Notes: a model not told the origin generated them from the letters alone. Positions 13,572-26,529 are shown, counted from the first letter of the stretch. The stretch: DNA of 64,000 nt from Mobula hypostoma (GCF_963921235.1 NC_086108.1:36272001-36336000), one strand, 5' to 3'. Translations and numbers: made by a program.

Positions 13572-13757
13572 TCCTTTCATGTTATTTCATATTCATTAAT
13601 TATTGCTATTTATTTATATTTGCATTTGCACAGTTTCTTGTTTATTGATCAGTTACTGTTCTATAGATTTGCTAAATAAGCCCGTAGCAGAAAGCATCTC
13701 AGGGTTGTATGTGGTGACAGGTATGTGCTCTGATAATAGATTTTACTTTGAACTTAG
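13572..13757 (+). mobile_element. Rex1/Babar-like LINE 3' UTR, right part (after L1)
   Basis: Continues the element at 7360-7749; ends ...TCTGATAATAGATTTTACTTTGAACTTAGAACTTTG. Confidence 0.55.
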
Positions 13758-14163
13758 AACTTTGAAATATTCCAAACAGTAATGAATTTTGTGATGTTAA
13801 TAATATATCAAAAAACTTCTTTAAAATACTTCTTAAATGAAAATTAAGGATATTCATGAATATATGAAAGAAAACATAAAACTAATCAAGGTTACACTGG
13901 TGCCAAGTTATCTTTAGTTAAGCATTTAAATTTGATAGGTAAAAATATTTCATGGACTTCTTGATGCATTTTCACTCTATGACACAAAAGAATTTAAGTT
14001 GAATTGCAGAATTATTTTAATAATGTCCATCAAACACAGTTTTTTTTCAGTAGTGATGTAATAATGATCTCCAAGTCTTAAATTTAAACCTTTTGGAATT
14101 TGACACTGATTTTGATAAGTTACAGCAGAAAGCATTATAATGTACAGTAGATCCACCAATACA

Positions 14164-14245
14164 AAAAGGAAACAAACACCATAGTTGTCAGCAAGTTAGG
14201 AACAAATTTATCTTTTAAATTAAAGGCAAAGTAATAATTTTTATT
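14164..14245 (-). terminator. Candidate B3GALT2 polyadenylation signal
   Basis: First AATAAA I could find on the minus strand after the stop codon (14240-14245, about 940 nt downstream), followed by a GU/U-rich tract TGGTGTTTGTTTCCTTTTTG at about 14163-14182. Confidence 0.55.
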
Positions 14246-15181
14246 GGCACTTTCACAAAATTCATGGTTAAACAAAAGGAAATATTGCACAACACAAAGT
14301 GGGATTGGTTGTTAGCTATTGTTTTCATAAGTATACAAGTTTTAAAGTGGGAGTTTACATTAATTTCTGAATTCAAAAAATTGCAATAGAGCTCAGAAAT
14401 AATATTCTGTAATTTTAATTTCCTGGAATAATTGTGTGATAAAACAGTAGTGAATAATCCAGATAAGTAATATATACTCCCGACTTTCTTAACAAAAATA
14501 TCAGTGAACCTGTTTTTATCAGATGATATAAAAGAAAAATTTTTATATTCAAGTTAATTGTTTTTCTCTTTCAATTTGGGTGCTTTCCTTTAACAATCTA
14601 AGGGAAAAAATTGGTCATATCAGAATCGATCTGTTCCATTCTTAATCGCTTCAGTTCTGTTATCATTTTTTACTTGTATTTCATAGCCTAAGTGGACAGG
14701 TTAAATAACTTTGCAGGTCCCTTTTCAGTTAAAGGCACAATATCTTTGAAGTTTGCAGACTTGGTTCTTGAACATATGGTTTCATAATATTTTACACTGC
14801 TAACAAATTTCCTTAACTAGCTTACATTAATAGATCAAACTTGCACAGTGAAGAACAATTTGGAACCATCTCCTAATTTGGATATTTTTCGTAGTTCAGT
14901 GCAGATCATTGCTGTGCATTGCCTAAAATAATATTTGCCTTAAAAGCATTTTTCATTCAGTCAACAGGAACTTCAAAAGCAGATAAACCACAACATTGAC
15001 TTTCCATTATATGAACACAACTTTTTGAGATTGACTTTTAAATGATTGTAAATAAAATACAAATTTTGAATGTTTTAACAGCATCAGAACATTGCATTGG
15101 TGTCAGATGTTGTTTTATACATGCTTGGATAACTCATTTACATTACAGTGAAGATTAGGAATCTTGGATTCAGATTATCCA

Positions 15182-16453
15182 TCAGTGCATTTTCTTTGTG
15201 CGATATCTACCATGTCCTCTGTGGCCTTTTTCTTTTGCCATACTGGCACAGGCATTGTGCTTGTTTTGCTGCAAGTGGTTCCAGTACTTGATTAATTCAT
15301 TGGGTTGGAACTGATGGGAGGTAATTAGATGACTATATTTACAACTGGAGTAAGAAACACGCCAGTGATTGAAAAGGAATTCATTGGGTGGTGGCACAGG
15401 GTCAATTCTCAGTTTGGCAAGACAGATGCCCACATAGACATCCTCTAAATGCAAACGCCTGATACTCAGAGAAACTTTGAAAATCTTTTCAGCTAAGTCC
15501 CCAGAGAAAACATAACCAGTTCCTGAACAAAAGACTGGATAACGCTCGCTTGGATAGAGCTCTGGAGGCATATACCACTTGCTATCCTTGTTACGGTTTG
15601 GTGAATAACCACGCATCAGATATCCGGTGAAATAATTGTGACGTGGATGCAAAGGCTTTAGGAGTTTGTTCATTAAGTACTCCGTGTTCACAAACATGTC
15701 ACTGTCAGTCTTCATGACATAGCAGGCATGCGGACAGTATGTTGCAACCCAGTTCATTCCCATCAGAGTTTTAATAGTTAGATTATAATAAGTATCCAGG
15801 AAGTCTTGTTGAATAATATCATGGTACTGTCTACTTTCTTCATATAAAGCTTGTTGAAAGGTGCCACCAGCCATTCTTAAACCTAGGAGGAACAGACGTA
15901 TCATATGTAATCCAGGAACATTGCTTTCATTTCCCCAAGTTTGCCTAATTGCATGTCTTGCTTCAATTTGGTTAGGTTCAGTTGCAATCAACACAATTAA
16001 GAATGGGCTTTGCCCTTCACATTTGTTTTGTTCATTGATAATATACTTGTAATGGCGATGGGGATTATACCCTGTTCTCTTTTCACTGTATGTGGTTCCA
16101 TTAGCATTCAATATATCCCCTAATCCATTAATATCTTGAAGAGAAAGTTCAGTGCTAGCGTTTGCTGAATGTATCCTCTGTACTTGAGATTGTTCTTTCC
16201 AAATACTCCTCATTGTGCTCTGGTTGGCAGTACTTTTTGGTGATCTGAATCCCCTCATTGTATGAGAAACAGAATAACCAGATTCTTTTGACCATGTTTT
16301 GCTAGTTACCCAGTCATGTTGATTAATCAACAGAAATACTGCAAGCAAAAACACAAGGCATAAAAGTGCAATAATATGAGTCCGAAACAGAGAACGTTTA
16401 ACGTTCCAAGTCATCTTCATTAAGCAGCAGTAGCGTCTTCTCCACTGAAGCAT
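15182..16453 (-). CDS. B3GALT2: Beta-1,3-galactosyltransferase 2 (GT31 family), 423 aa, single coding exon
   Basis: N-terminus MLQWRRRYCC..MTWNVKRSLFRTH is characteristic of B3GALT2; type II TM segment IIALLCLVFLLAVFLLI; GT31 motifs IRQTWG, DTYYNLTIKT, KTDSD (DxD), FCSGTGYV, EDVYVGICL; intact ORF. Confidence 0.97.
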   Translation of the reverse strand: MLQWRRRYCCLMKMTWNVKRSLFRTHIIALLCLVFLLAVFLLINQHDWVTSKTWSKESGYSVSHTMRGFRSPKSTANQSTMRSIWKEQSQVQRIHSANASTELSLQDINGLGDILNANGTTYSEKRTGYNPHRHYKYIINEQNKCEGQSPFLIVLIATEPNQIEARHAIRQTWGNESNVPGLHMIRLFLLGLRMAGGTFQQALYEESRQYHDIIQQDFLDTYYNLTIKTLMGMNWVATYCPHACYVMKTDSDMFVNTEYLMNKLLKPLHPRHNYFTGYLMRGYSPNRNKDSKWYMPPELYPSERYPVFCSGTGYVFSGDLAEKIFKVSLSIRRLHLEDVYVGICLAKLRIDPVPPPNEFLFNHWRVSYSSCKYSHLITSHQFQPNELIKYWNHLQQNKHNACASMAKEKGHRGHGRYRTKKMH

Positions 16454-16799
16454 ATTGTAGCAGGCCCTTTTGGAGTGCCCAGTACTTATATTGTGTTCAC
16501 ACTGGCTGTATTTTTATTTCTTAGCATGTTATAGAAGACTCTTCATTGTTAAAGTGGTCTAGGATTCTGGTTTTGCTATATTTTCGTGTCTTTTTCTTCA
16601 GAAACGATGTGGGGCAGTTGGCCTGTTGTAGACCTTTTCCCCTTTTATCAGCTCATCAAAATGAGATCTGTTAATAAATAATTCATCTTTATGTAAATTA
16701 GAAGCTCCATTGAAACAGCATGTCTATTTAGATAAAAGTGGCTTGTGTTTGACATCCAAGTTTGTGGAGTCTCTGTTCTCAGTATTCCACAGAGGAAAG
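16454..16799 (-). other. B3GALT2: Predicted 5'-UTR part of the B3GALT2 coding exon
   Basis: Acceptor tgtaatcatttgtttatattgcAG|CTTTCC at 16801-16800; a weaker alternative acceptor lies at 16669-16668. Confidence 0.5.
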
Positions 16800-19458
16800 C
16801 TGCAATATAAACAAATGATTACATTGGTAGCTATGTTCATATGTGGAATTTATTATAGATTTTTCAACATATTTACATGACATACATGATCTACTTAGTA
16901 TTCACCTTTAAACCTCTACTTAAGAACTACCACATTGAAGAATGATTTTATCATTTCAGTCTTTGGTTTACTACTTGAACGTGTCCGCATCATGAGTTTT
17001 ATGGTCTGTAACATCTGTCATGTACAAGATAGATCAACTTTGTCACTGCTAATGAAATGGTCATGGACATTTCTCATCTCATACTTAAAACCAGTTAACA
17101 ATTCAGTACTTGTAGGAACTCACAGATTTTATATTTGCAGATTGTATTTCCAATTAAACATTTGGCAGAGTTTAACAGCTATCTTCCAGCATTATGCTTT
17201 TGACAATAAATAGTTATCTAAATATTGTCATTGGTATTACTACCGAGTATTGAATCATCTGTTCCAGCTTTTATTGGGCTTACTTAAAAGAAAGGAGATT
17301 GTTAACTTTTGATTTTAAATTAACATTTGTAATCTTTGGTTTATTTCTCGATTAGAAGAATTACAGTTAAACAAGTTAAAAACAAATACATTTGGACAGT
17401 TTTCATTTACATCAACAATAGATTAAAAAATTCTTTGGAAGTTAAGTACTTCCATAAAATGTACATCAGGATCTCAAGTAACTCCATTCAACAACTAATT
17501 GACATGAATTAGAAACTAGATGAAGCAGTTGCCTTAATTCCAACAGGTTTGTGATTATCATATGTGTGGAAATACATTTTATATAGGTTTTAGTTATATG
17601 ATGCTCTCTTGTTGTATTTTACAAGTTCTAGTCACATGGTAGTGTGATGCAGGGTCACGACCTGAAAAGTTGACTGTTCCTTTGCCTTTGCAAATGATAT
17701 TTTGACCTGCTCAGTTCATCTCGAAGTTTGATTTTTGCTTGTGCTTAATCAACCTTGTTCATTGCCACCATTTATTTGGTTAATACTACTGGATTGAGAA
17801 GGAAATACTTATTTTTCTTCATGTATATTGTCGTAATCTTTAATTGAGTAGATTGATAAATAGGTTACAAATGTGGCCTGTTATTCAAAAAAACATATTG
17901 TATATGAAGACATTTGTGTTCAATAAATGGATGTCAGTTTATATTAGTTTATATTTTCATGGGAGATTATTGATACAGTAAAACATTTAAAGTTTTCAGT
18001 AAATTTGAATGTGGTATTTTTGTGACTGTCAAAAGCGGATATTTGGTTATTTGAAACATTTGTTAAGATCTGCATTGTAGCATAAATTGGAGATACATTG
18101 TAGCTTTGCAAATTTAACCAAAAAAGAGTGGGATAGTTGATTGCTGCATAATTTCAAAGCAAGTATATTTAATTGCATTAAATTTCTGAGGTTTCACATG
18201 GTTAAAATTACTCTTTTTTGTTAACTCTTTTTGTTTTAATGAAAAATAGTATGAATAACTGCTTTTACACCTCCTTCCACAATGTTTAACAATTTACTAA
18301 GAGCAAAAGGGCTATATTGATTGAATCCTGTAGTTTTGTGTGAATGTTGAGATAGTGAGAAAGTAACATCCTAAACAACTTTTATTTTCTTTTATGTTGA
18401 ATGATAAATACGTAATCCCAATTATTAAACCTACTCAAAGGGCTTTCAATTGGATATTTTGCACTGATTGAAGGCAGTCACTAATTGCTTCATAGAATTT
18501 CAGGCTGCAGTATACTTAGTGGATTAACTGAGTAAACTTATTCAGTTAACTTCGTATTTTAACTGGCTGCGCATGCCTGGTCATTTGTTAACATATTTTT
18601 AACAACCTTAAAGAAAATTTGCTTGTGGATTTCTTTCATGTATTTTAGGTAGCAGTGAAAACAGTGTCATCTGCCAGATGCTGATAAACTTGGTATTGTA
18701 ATAGACCATTTCAAATTAATAAATGGCTTTTAAAGTATCAGGAATTTGATGTTGAAACAACTGTTCTGAAATTTAGGGCTATTCACATTTGAAGTCAATC
18801 TAAAGCAAAACCAAATGTAAATTAGAGATAATCTGAAATGCTCAGTGACCACAGAACAAATAGAGAATGCTGCCTACTGTGGATTAATGACTTTAATTTT
18901 GTGGTATTTAAAGTACAGTGACATAATTAAACAAATGTCAAGTGAATGGATGATTGTTGTTAGGTTGCTTTGGCTGCTGTGGCAAGCTTGTATGATATCT
19001 AATGATAGATTTAGCCATAGAATTTGATAACTTTTATAAAAGTAACTTTTTAGGGAGATTGATATAAGTGAGTTGCATTCTCAATATAACATAATAATGC
19101 ACTTTAAAATATGCATCAAATTATGAACAGAATTTTTCAGTATTTGGAAATGAGCTTGTGTAATCTATTATGCCTAAAACCTATGGAAATGCTTTCCCCC
19201 CCCCCTACAGTTCTTAAACATTGCTTTAAAAGAGAGTTTTCCATGTAAAATATCCTGATGTATACATTTATTTTAAAGCAATGGTAATAAATTGTAATAT
19301 GCTGAGCAGTGAACAGTGCATATACACTTAAAATAACTCTCCTAAAGATGTGCCTGTTAGTTGAGAAAGAAATTCAAATCATTTGCTTCACACTTTTTAG
19401 GTCAATCCTCCTCTGGAATTTGGCACTTTGCGATTAATAGTGCTATTGCTGTACTTAC

Positions 19459-19475
19459 CTGTGTTGAAACCTTGA
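19459..19475 (-). other. Candidate 17-nt 5'-UTR microexon of B3GALT2
   Basis: gtgttaatttcttttctgctttcatacAG|TCAAGGTTTCAACACAG|GTAAGT: strong acceptor and perfect donor 17 nt apart. Confidence 0.55.
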
Positions 19476-20614
19476 CTGTATGAAAGCAGAAAAGAAATTA
19501 ACACTTGATTTCCATCCACAGAAGTAAAAAAATATGTAGTACCATTGCTTTTTATCTTCTCTGATTCATCAACTAATTTTAGACTTAGAGCTGAACCAGT
19601 GATGATTGTTCTGTCTCTGTGGTCCATGAGCACTTTGCACCAAGGCATTTTAGGTTCTTTTCAGTTGTTCCACACACAGTAAATTTTAGACAATATTAAC
19701 TTGTCCATTTATAAGTTGTAAATGATTTATAGTTAGATCTCTGACTTTCTTGATTAAATATTCATCATGAAACTGAAGATGCATGCTTGGAACCAATCTG
19801 CTTTCTCTTCCTATCTTCGGAATCCAGAAAATATGGTATATTTATGTATTTTCATTTGTACTTTGGATATGAAGATTGGCCTACATTCTTACACTTAATT
19901 TGTGTACTGTAAAACATTTTAGAAAGAAAAAAAAGCAGACCATCATTTAGAACCTGACTGAATAAGTGATAAAGTAAGAAAAAAGATGTTGCTCTGACTC
20001 TTTTATTTAACTGGTATTCCATTCAGATTTGATTTAAACAGCAGGTATATTGCACCAAGGATAACCTGTTGACATCAAACCTGTTGATATTTCTAGATTA
20101 AATCCGAACTTATTTCATTCTGAATGGTCTTGAGTAATACAGCATGCAAATGTCAGAAACAGTTGGAGGTGAATTTTATGATTTCATGAGAATTAAGAAA
20201 TAAGAGTTTTTTCATTGTGCGTCTAGTAATGCCAGAGTAACCACCTTTGTGTTATTCCTGAGTGATTGCACAAGTGTGGAAATAAATTAGCAGCCAAAAT
20301 ATGCCTTCTTGTTAAGGAATATATGCAAAGAAAAAGACAGATGGCGAACTGTCAAACTGTCTATTTGATATCCTTTGTTTGGCTGATAAGGCTATTGGTA
20401 CATTTGGTAAGGTGATGTGATATTAATGTTATTCTAAAAGATAAACTTTACCAAGTATTGATTTACACAAGTTAAAGTTGTGACCCATGTGTATTGTGCT
20501 CAGGTTTGAGATCCACTGGAGTATGTGCAAGGGATTAGAAATTGTGCAAAGATTTTGTTGTCAGGTCAAAGGTAAACATTGTATGTGGAGAGGAAGCCAT
20601 TTAAGCTATTAATA

Positions 20615-21170
20615 ATGGTGGAGAAACTCAGCAAGTCAGGCAGCATTTGTGGAGGGGGATAAACGGTTGGCGCTTTGGAAAGGAAAGTGGACAGAAGCTG
20701 GACTAAGAAGGTGGGGGATGAGAAGGAGTGCAAGCTAACATGTAATAGGTTTTGCTGAAGGGTTACGTCAACTGAACTCTTTTCCTAGATGCTGCCTGGC
20801 CTGCTGAGTTCCTCCCGCATTTTGTACGTGTTGCTCAGATTTCCAGCGTCTGCAGATTTTCCCTTGTTTGTAATAGGTCAAACCAGGTGAGGGGGAAGAT
20901 GGGCGGGCAGGCAAGAAGGATAATGTAAGAAGCTAGGAGGTGATAGATGGAAGACGTGAAGGGCCGGAGAAGAAGTAACATAATAGGGGAGGACAGTGGA
21001 CTATGGATGAAAGGGAAGGAACAGGGACACTGGAGGAAAGTAGTGGCCAGATGAGTAGAGGAGGGGGTGAGAGGATAATAAGAATGGGGAATGGGAAAAG
21101 AGAGAATGGGGAGGGGGAGAAATTGCTGAAAGTTAGAGAAATTGAAGTTCATGCTATCAGCATGGGCATC
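20615..21170. repeat. Composite of degraded Penelope-derived terminal repeats
   Basis: Pieces similar to 62670-63050 (purine-rich tract, AAGTTAGAGAAATTGAAGTTCATGCTATCAG) plus a nested plus-strand copy at about 20752-20870. Confidence 0.6.
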
Positions 21171-21734
21171 GATTAACGAATTATGAACATTAATATTGTT
21201 GGCATTTTCTTGTTCCTTTGTGCGCTGGTGCTTTATCAATGAGAAGTGTTAAGTGCTGGGATAAATGATTTTATAGGTAGATACAGCAGCTCATGTCTAT
21301 TATAGGTGTAATATGCAAGGAACTCTATGTTTAGGTCGATAGATGAGTATTTTGTACAACAAGTAATCTGCTAGAGGAACTCTGAGTTGAGCAGCATCTG
21401 TCGGCAGTGGGGGGGAAGGTGGGGAGGAATTGTTAAATTGTTAACATTTCAGTTTGTAATCGTGCATCAGGATTGAGAGTGGAGAGCAGACATAACCAAT
21501 ATTGCGCTGGGAGTACTGGCTACCTCCCTTTCCACTCTGACTCACTGAATTCTTTCAGCAGATTGTTCCTCCAGATTCCAGCCTCTGGGTGTCTTTATTT
21601 TTTGTGTTTTAGAATATAGACCATGTTAACAGCTGTATGAAAAAAGCATATTGTATAAGAAGCTGAAGAGTGAAAAGCAGCAGTAGTTAATAACTGTAGA
21701 TACCATTTTAGGAGGAACAATTTGTATTACATTC

Positions 21735-21937
21735 ATAAACGAGAAAATCTGCAACTGCTGGAAATCCGAGCGATATACACAGAGTGCTGGAGGAGTTCAG
21801 CAGGCCAGGCAGTATCTACGGAAGAAAGTACAGTCGACATTTCGGGCCAAAGGGTTTCGGCCTGGAACATCGACTATTTACTTTTTTTCCATAGATGCTG
21901 CCTGGCCGGCTGAGTTCCTCCAACATTTTGTGTGTGT
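21735..21937. repeat. Inverted pair of Penelope-derived terminal repeats (imperfect hairpin)
   Basis: About 21777-21849 is the imperfect reverse complement of about 21858-21935. Confidence 0.75.
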
Positions 21938-23920
21938 ATTACATTCATGCCTACTTTGCCATTTGACATAATTATTTATTATTTCTTATTCCAGTTTGTG
22001 GGCACTGCTTATCATTTTATTTTCCCTGCAAAAACTAACTAGAAGTAAGAAATAAAAGGAATTTGAAAAATCTAAATACCTTGCTTTTATTATTAATGGT
22101 GTGCACTTATATTTCATATTAGAATGTTAAAATTAGTTGGAATTTATAATCAAAAGTTTTCATGATAATAAAACCCTGCTTTAACATTTGTGTAAGATGG
22201 TGAACATTTTTCCTTTTTAAACATAAGTTCACTGGTTTATCTAGCATAGAATGTATTCAAAAATGATTGAGTTTTTAAATATGCAATTGAATTGATGGAA
22301 ATGAAATATGAATATGTTATAATTTACAAAGTTTGAAAAAATACTCAATTTTTAAAACTTCTCTTTTCCTGTTTTAAACATGTTTTGCAATCCTCTTGGA
22401 ATCAGTTTCAAGATATTCTTCAATAAGAAGTACTGGAGAATAAATTAAGTACAAATTTGAGACCACCATTGCTTTGTAGACAAAATCTCAATACCAATAA
22501 TTAAATTTTGGTAGCTGCTGATTTTAGCAGCACGGTACAGTATTTTTGTTTATGTAGATTGCTGTACATTCAATTTATTCCAAATTACCTTGGAATAGAC
22601 GTCTTTACTTCAGTGAATTTTAAGCTTCTTTGTAAATGACATTAATTTACATCCGATTGTAGTTATTAGGGTGTATCTACAGTGGAATTTGGAATCATTG
22701 GCTAAGTAATTAAATTTTGGAAATATTAATTACCTTTGTACATTTGAAATTATTAATTAAAAATGTTGCCAGTGCTTTAAAAGCTGTCACCAAAAGTGAT
22801 GATGTATGTAGATTGATATTTATTTATAAAAAATTGAGTTTATTTGGTGTAACTATTTTTTAATCCCATAGGTATCCAAGCAGTCTAGATCTCGAGGCAG
22901 TTCTTAGTTAATTTGCAGTCTCAGAATATATTCTTCAGAGAACTCCAAATGGTAAAATCTAATGGGGTTTGGCACTTACTTAAACATTATTGAAGTAACA
23001 AGATTATTACAAAAACTTTATTGTCATAATGCAATTGTCGAGATCAAATAATATACTGAAATGTTAACAATTGAAATACTAAGCTGTAGGTTTTACAGTT
23101 AAATCACTTTTTTTAAAACTGAAAATCTATTGCATTACTCGTCACTAGGTGGTAGTGTAAATCGCACACAAGCTCCGTTTCCCAGTTTGTTATCCCAATA
23201 ATGTTTATTTGAAGTGTTTTATTTCCCTGTTTCTGATAATACTCACAAAGCTGGAATAATTTTTTTCTAACTCATAGGAATCCCATCATGTTCTTGATAT
23301 AAAATGGCATAGGCATTTTATTTTAATCAGATGTTAAACTTCACTAACCTTGAATCTTGCATTAAAGTCAGTAAATCTCCTGAGTTAGTTATTAAATGTC
23401 ATTACATCTTACTGAGAGGCATGTTCACTTGTGTTGTGATGTTATTAAAATATAACATTGCTGTGGGCACAGCAACTGCTTTTTATATTTAAAGCTGTTA
23501 AATGATTCATTGCAGTCTTCTGATTGATGTATAAGCCAAACATTGTCTGCAGTATAACAGTTAAATAACATTTAAGAGACTAGGTTTACAAGTCTAGCAT
23601 TTTTTAAAATGGAAGTGCTGTAAATATTACTTTTATATGTACCGAAAGAATTATCATTAGATATATCAAATGAATAAGTTTTAAATGGGACTGAATGTGC
23701 ACTGTCACATATTACACACATTTGAGGATTTATGATTCTTTTTAATGCACTTCAAATTGGCTCTTCAGAATTGCAAACATCAGTTGGTGACTGTGCTTGA
23801 TATTTTAGCTTGGGTAGTTTACAGATTATGGAATGGTATAAGCTGGCTGCAGGTTTTAAAGTAAACCATTTTACATGTATGTAGTCTAATCTCAATAAGG
23901 AAATAAAACGGCTTTGTGTG

Positions 23921-24020
23921 CAGACCTGCTGAAAGGTCTCTGCCCGAAACGTCGACTGTACTCTTTTCCATAGACGCTGCCTGGCCTGCTGAGTTCCTCC
24001 AGCATTTTGTGTGTGTTGCC
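23921..24020 (+). repeat. Penelope-derived terminal repeat with degenerate hammerhead core
   Basis: CAGAC-CTGCTGA-AAGGTCTCTGCCC-GAAACGTC-GACTG followed by the common GCTGCCTGGCCTGCTGAGTTCCTCCAGCATTTTGTGTG tail. Confidence 0.75.
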
Positions 24021-24390
24021 TGTATTGTGTATCCTTTTGTTGAACAACTTTTGGTGTTTAAACAAATATACACCTGTAAGTTGACTTCTTGACTACCATT
24101 TATAGCATTAGAAATAAGATATTTATTTCAACTTTCAAACTCCTTGTATACTGGAAATACCTCTTTAATCAATAACTAAAATTATTCGTAGGCACTACTT
24201 CAGAACAAAAATTCCAGGACTGCTCTTTGAAGTTGCTGTCATCCATTTTCTTTAGGCTGAATATTATGAGAAACAGTGAATTTTATCTGTTCATTTCCTC
24301 ATCATTATTCAAACACAGACACACTGCACATGAACAATGGGTCTCTTGTTCTTGAGGCAATTCGAAATCATAAGAATAGCTTTAACATAC

Positions 24391-24950
24391 CTTCCTTTAT
24401 CAGGTCCGTTATGGGTAGAGATGCATACGTCGGCTGCAAGCATGCTTATGGCTAACCATTATAGCAAGCAGATGCTGCTGAACATGCGCATACATGGAGT
24501 AATTCGGCAGGCACATAATTTTTACTTTTGTCCGCCCATCTGCCTGCTGATTGCATGGAACAGCCTCAACAAAAGCACTTCTGATGACAGTTGCTTAACA
24601 CAGTAGCCACGCTGGAGAGCACTTTGTCAGTTCTCTAGTCAAATGATGCAGTCCCGCAATCCTCGGCTGTCCTTCTGGTTCAGTGTTTGTAGACATCAGC
24701 AACAGAAAGCAATTTCTGTAAGCGTAGATGGCTTCTCATGTCGTACAGAACATATTATAGAAGCTGTGTCCATTTTCTTGGGTTGCTAAGGCTTGATTGT
24801 AAGCAGTGTTGATGCTGGGTGGGTTGGTCTGTTAAGCTTGTAGCTTTTGCAGCAGAAATGCGAAGCAAGGCTGCTCCTGCTTTTGACTGACTCTGTCCTC
24901 TGAAAGCAGTCTGAAACGTCAGTATACAGGAGACGCCCACGTGATCATTA
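24391..24950 (-). promoter_or_regulatory. B3GALT2: Candidate B3GALT2 promoter and non-coding first exon
   Basis: Unique, locally GC/CpG-enriched block about 8 kb upstream of the CDS, ending in donor AAG|GTATGT (24391/24390); CACGTG at 24938-24943 and TGACG (minus strand) near 24917-24921. TSS not determinable. Confidence 0.5.
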
Positions 24951-26529
24951 CTGTATTAATTTCTTTTCTGTCTTGAATAACATTGCTGCTGCAGGACTCC
25001 TGGTGTTAGATGAAGGAATATGTACTGTACATGAATTTGTCAATGGATATTGGTTCACAAGGAAAATTAACAAATTATTGATATCAGATCCTTTTAATAA
25101 CAAATGTTTGGTTTACAGTCTTGTCCCTAATCAACATTTTAAAAGAAACATATCTGCTGTTTCCTTAATTGCTTATTTTATTGCGCTAAGTTAGATTTTA
25201 TTAAACAGTCTGATTTCTCTTAAGGAAAATATAGTTCTGAATGGGGTATTTTTGACTGGAGGGAGAAAATTCATATTTTCCTATAATGTTAACCCTTTAA
25301 GAATTAAGAGTTCAAAACATACAGGGATTACTTTTATCAATTATTTTTTATTTTCATACACAAGTATTACATTAAATTAAATGGAGAAAGCAAAACTTGT
25401 CAGCATTTTAATTTCCCATCAACATTGAGGTCCAGATGCTAGCATAAATGTGGATTTAGGCTAGCAAAGATGGTGGTGGAGAATTAACCACACTTCAGTA
25501 TGTCTGGAGTTTGAATAAAGGCCAGATTGGGTAAGGTTGGGATATTTCTTTTTCTAATTGAGAGTGAAGCAGATGGAGTTTTATAACAATCCATTAATTT
25601 CATGGTCACCATAACTGAAGCTAGTAAAATTTCAGATTAGTTAATGAGCTGAATTTCAGTTTCCCACCTGCCGGTTGAAGAAATATTTCTGAATGATTGT
25701 GCCTCTGTATTACTAGTCTAACACTAAACTACGGTGCTTCCACTCCTATTACAAAGTATGGTGCAGTTATTTTACTGTTTCTCAACATGGTGTTATAAGT
25801 AAATTTTCTGTAGTTTAGAGCAGTCCTCAAGACCTGAGAAGAAAATGAGTTCCAGAAGTGCTGAAAGAGTTCAGGACACTTGTACCCATGTGAAGCAGTA
25901 GACCATGTGAAGTTACACATATGAATTTGTGTTTTTGACTGTCAACAGTTTACTGTAGCTTCTGTTTCAATTAAAAAGCAATTAAGTGCATCCCAAACTG
26001 GATGAGACCTATAATTTTAGAACAACATCTGTGGAAAGTGAAACAGTTAACATTTCAGCTCAAAGATCTTTGACCTGAAGCATTACCGATTTCTCTTTCC
26101 TCAAATGCGGTATTACCTGCTAGGGTAAGGGTTTTTGAGTGTTGGGTTCACCCTTTCCCCAGGTGAATAAACAGCAAGGTAGTTGTAGTATGTCTTTTTT
26201 TTGGTTGACTCATCTTTCTGGTGTACATATTTCAAACAGGAGTGCCAATAAGCAGCAAATCTCTACTGGTGAGCATATTTTGCCTCTGGATCAGTTGGTG
26301 ACTTCCTCCATGATTAAACTACTGGGAACAGCCATTTTAAATCTTGTTGCTGATAAATCCAGTAAATAGTGTAAAATGAAAGAAATTACTGTTTTGTAAC
26401 ATTTAAGAATTGGTGTATGAATATACAAATGAGTATAAATTTGTTTTGAATGTTTCGTAAAAATCATGAAGTATCATCAGTTTTAATAAATGGATCCTTC
26501 AAGCAAAATTGATTTGAGCTTGTTTGTTT

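Noticed and set aside
17645..17680. Hammerhead-like motif GTGATGCAGGGTCACGACCTGAAAAGTTGACTG
   Set aside because: Core nucleotides are mutated; counted only as a decayed family copy, as are those at about 20752 and 50333.
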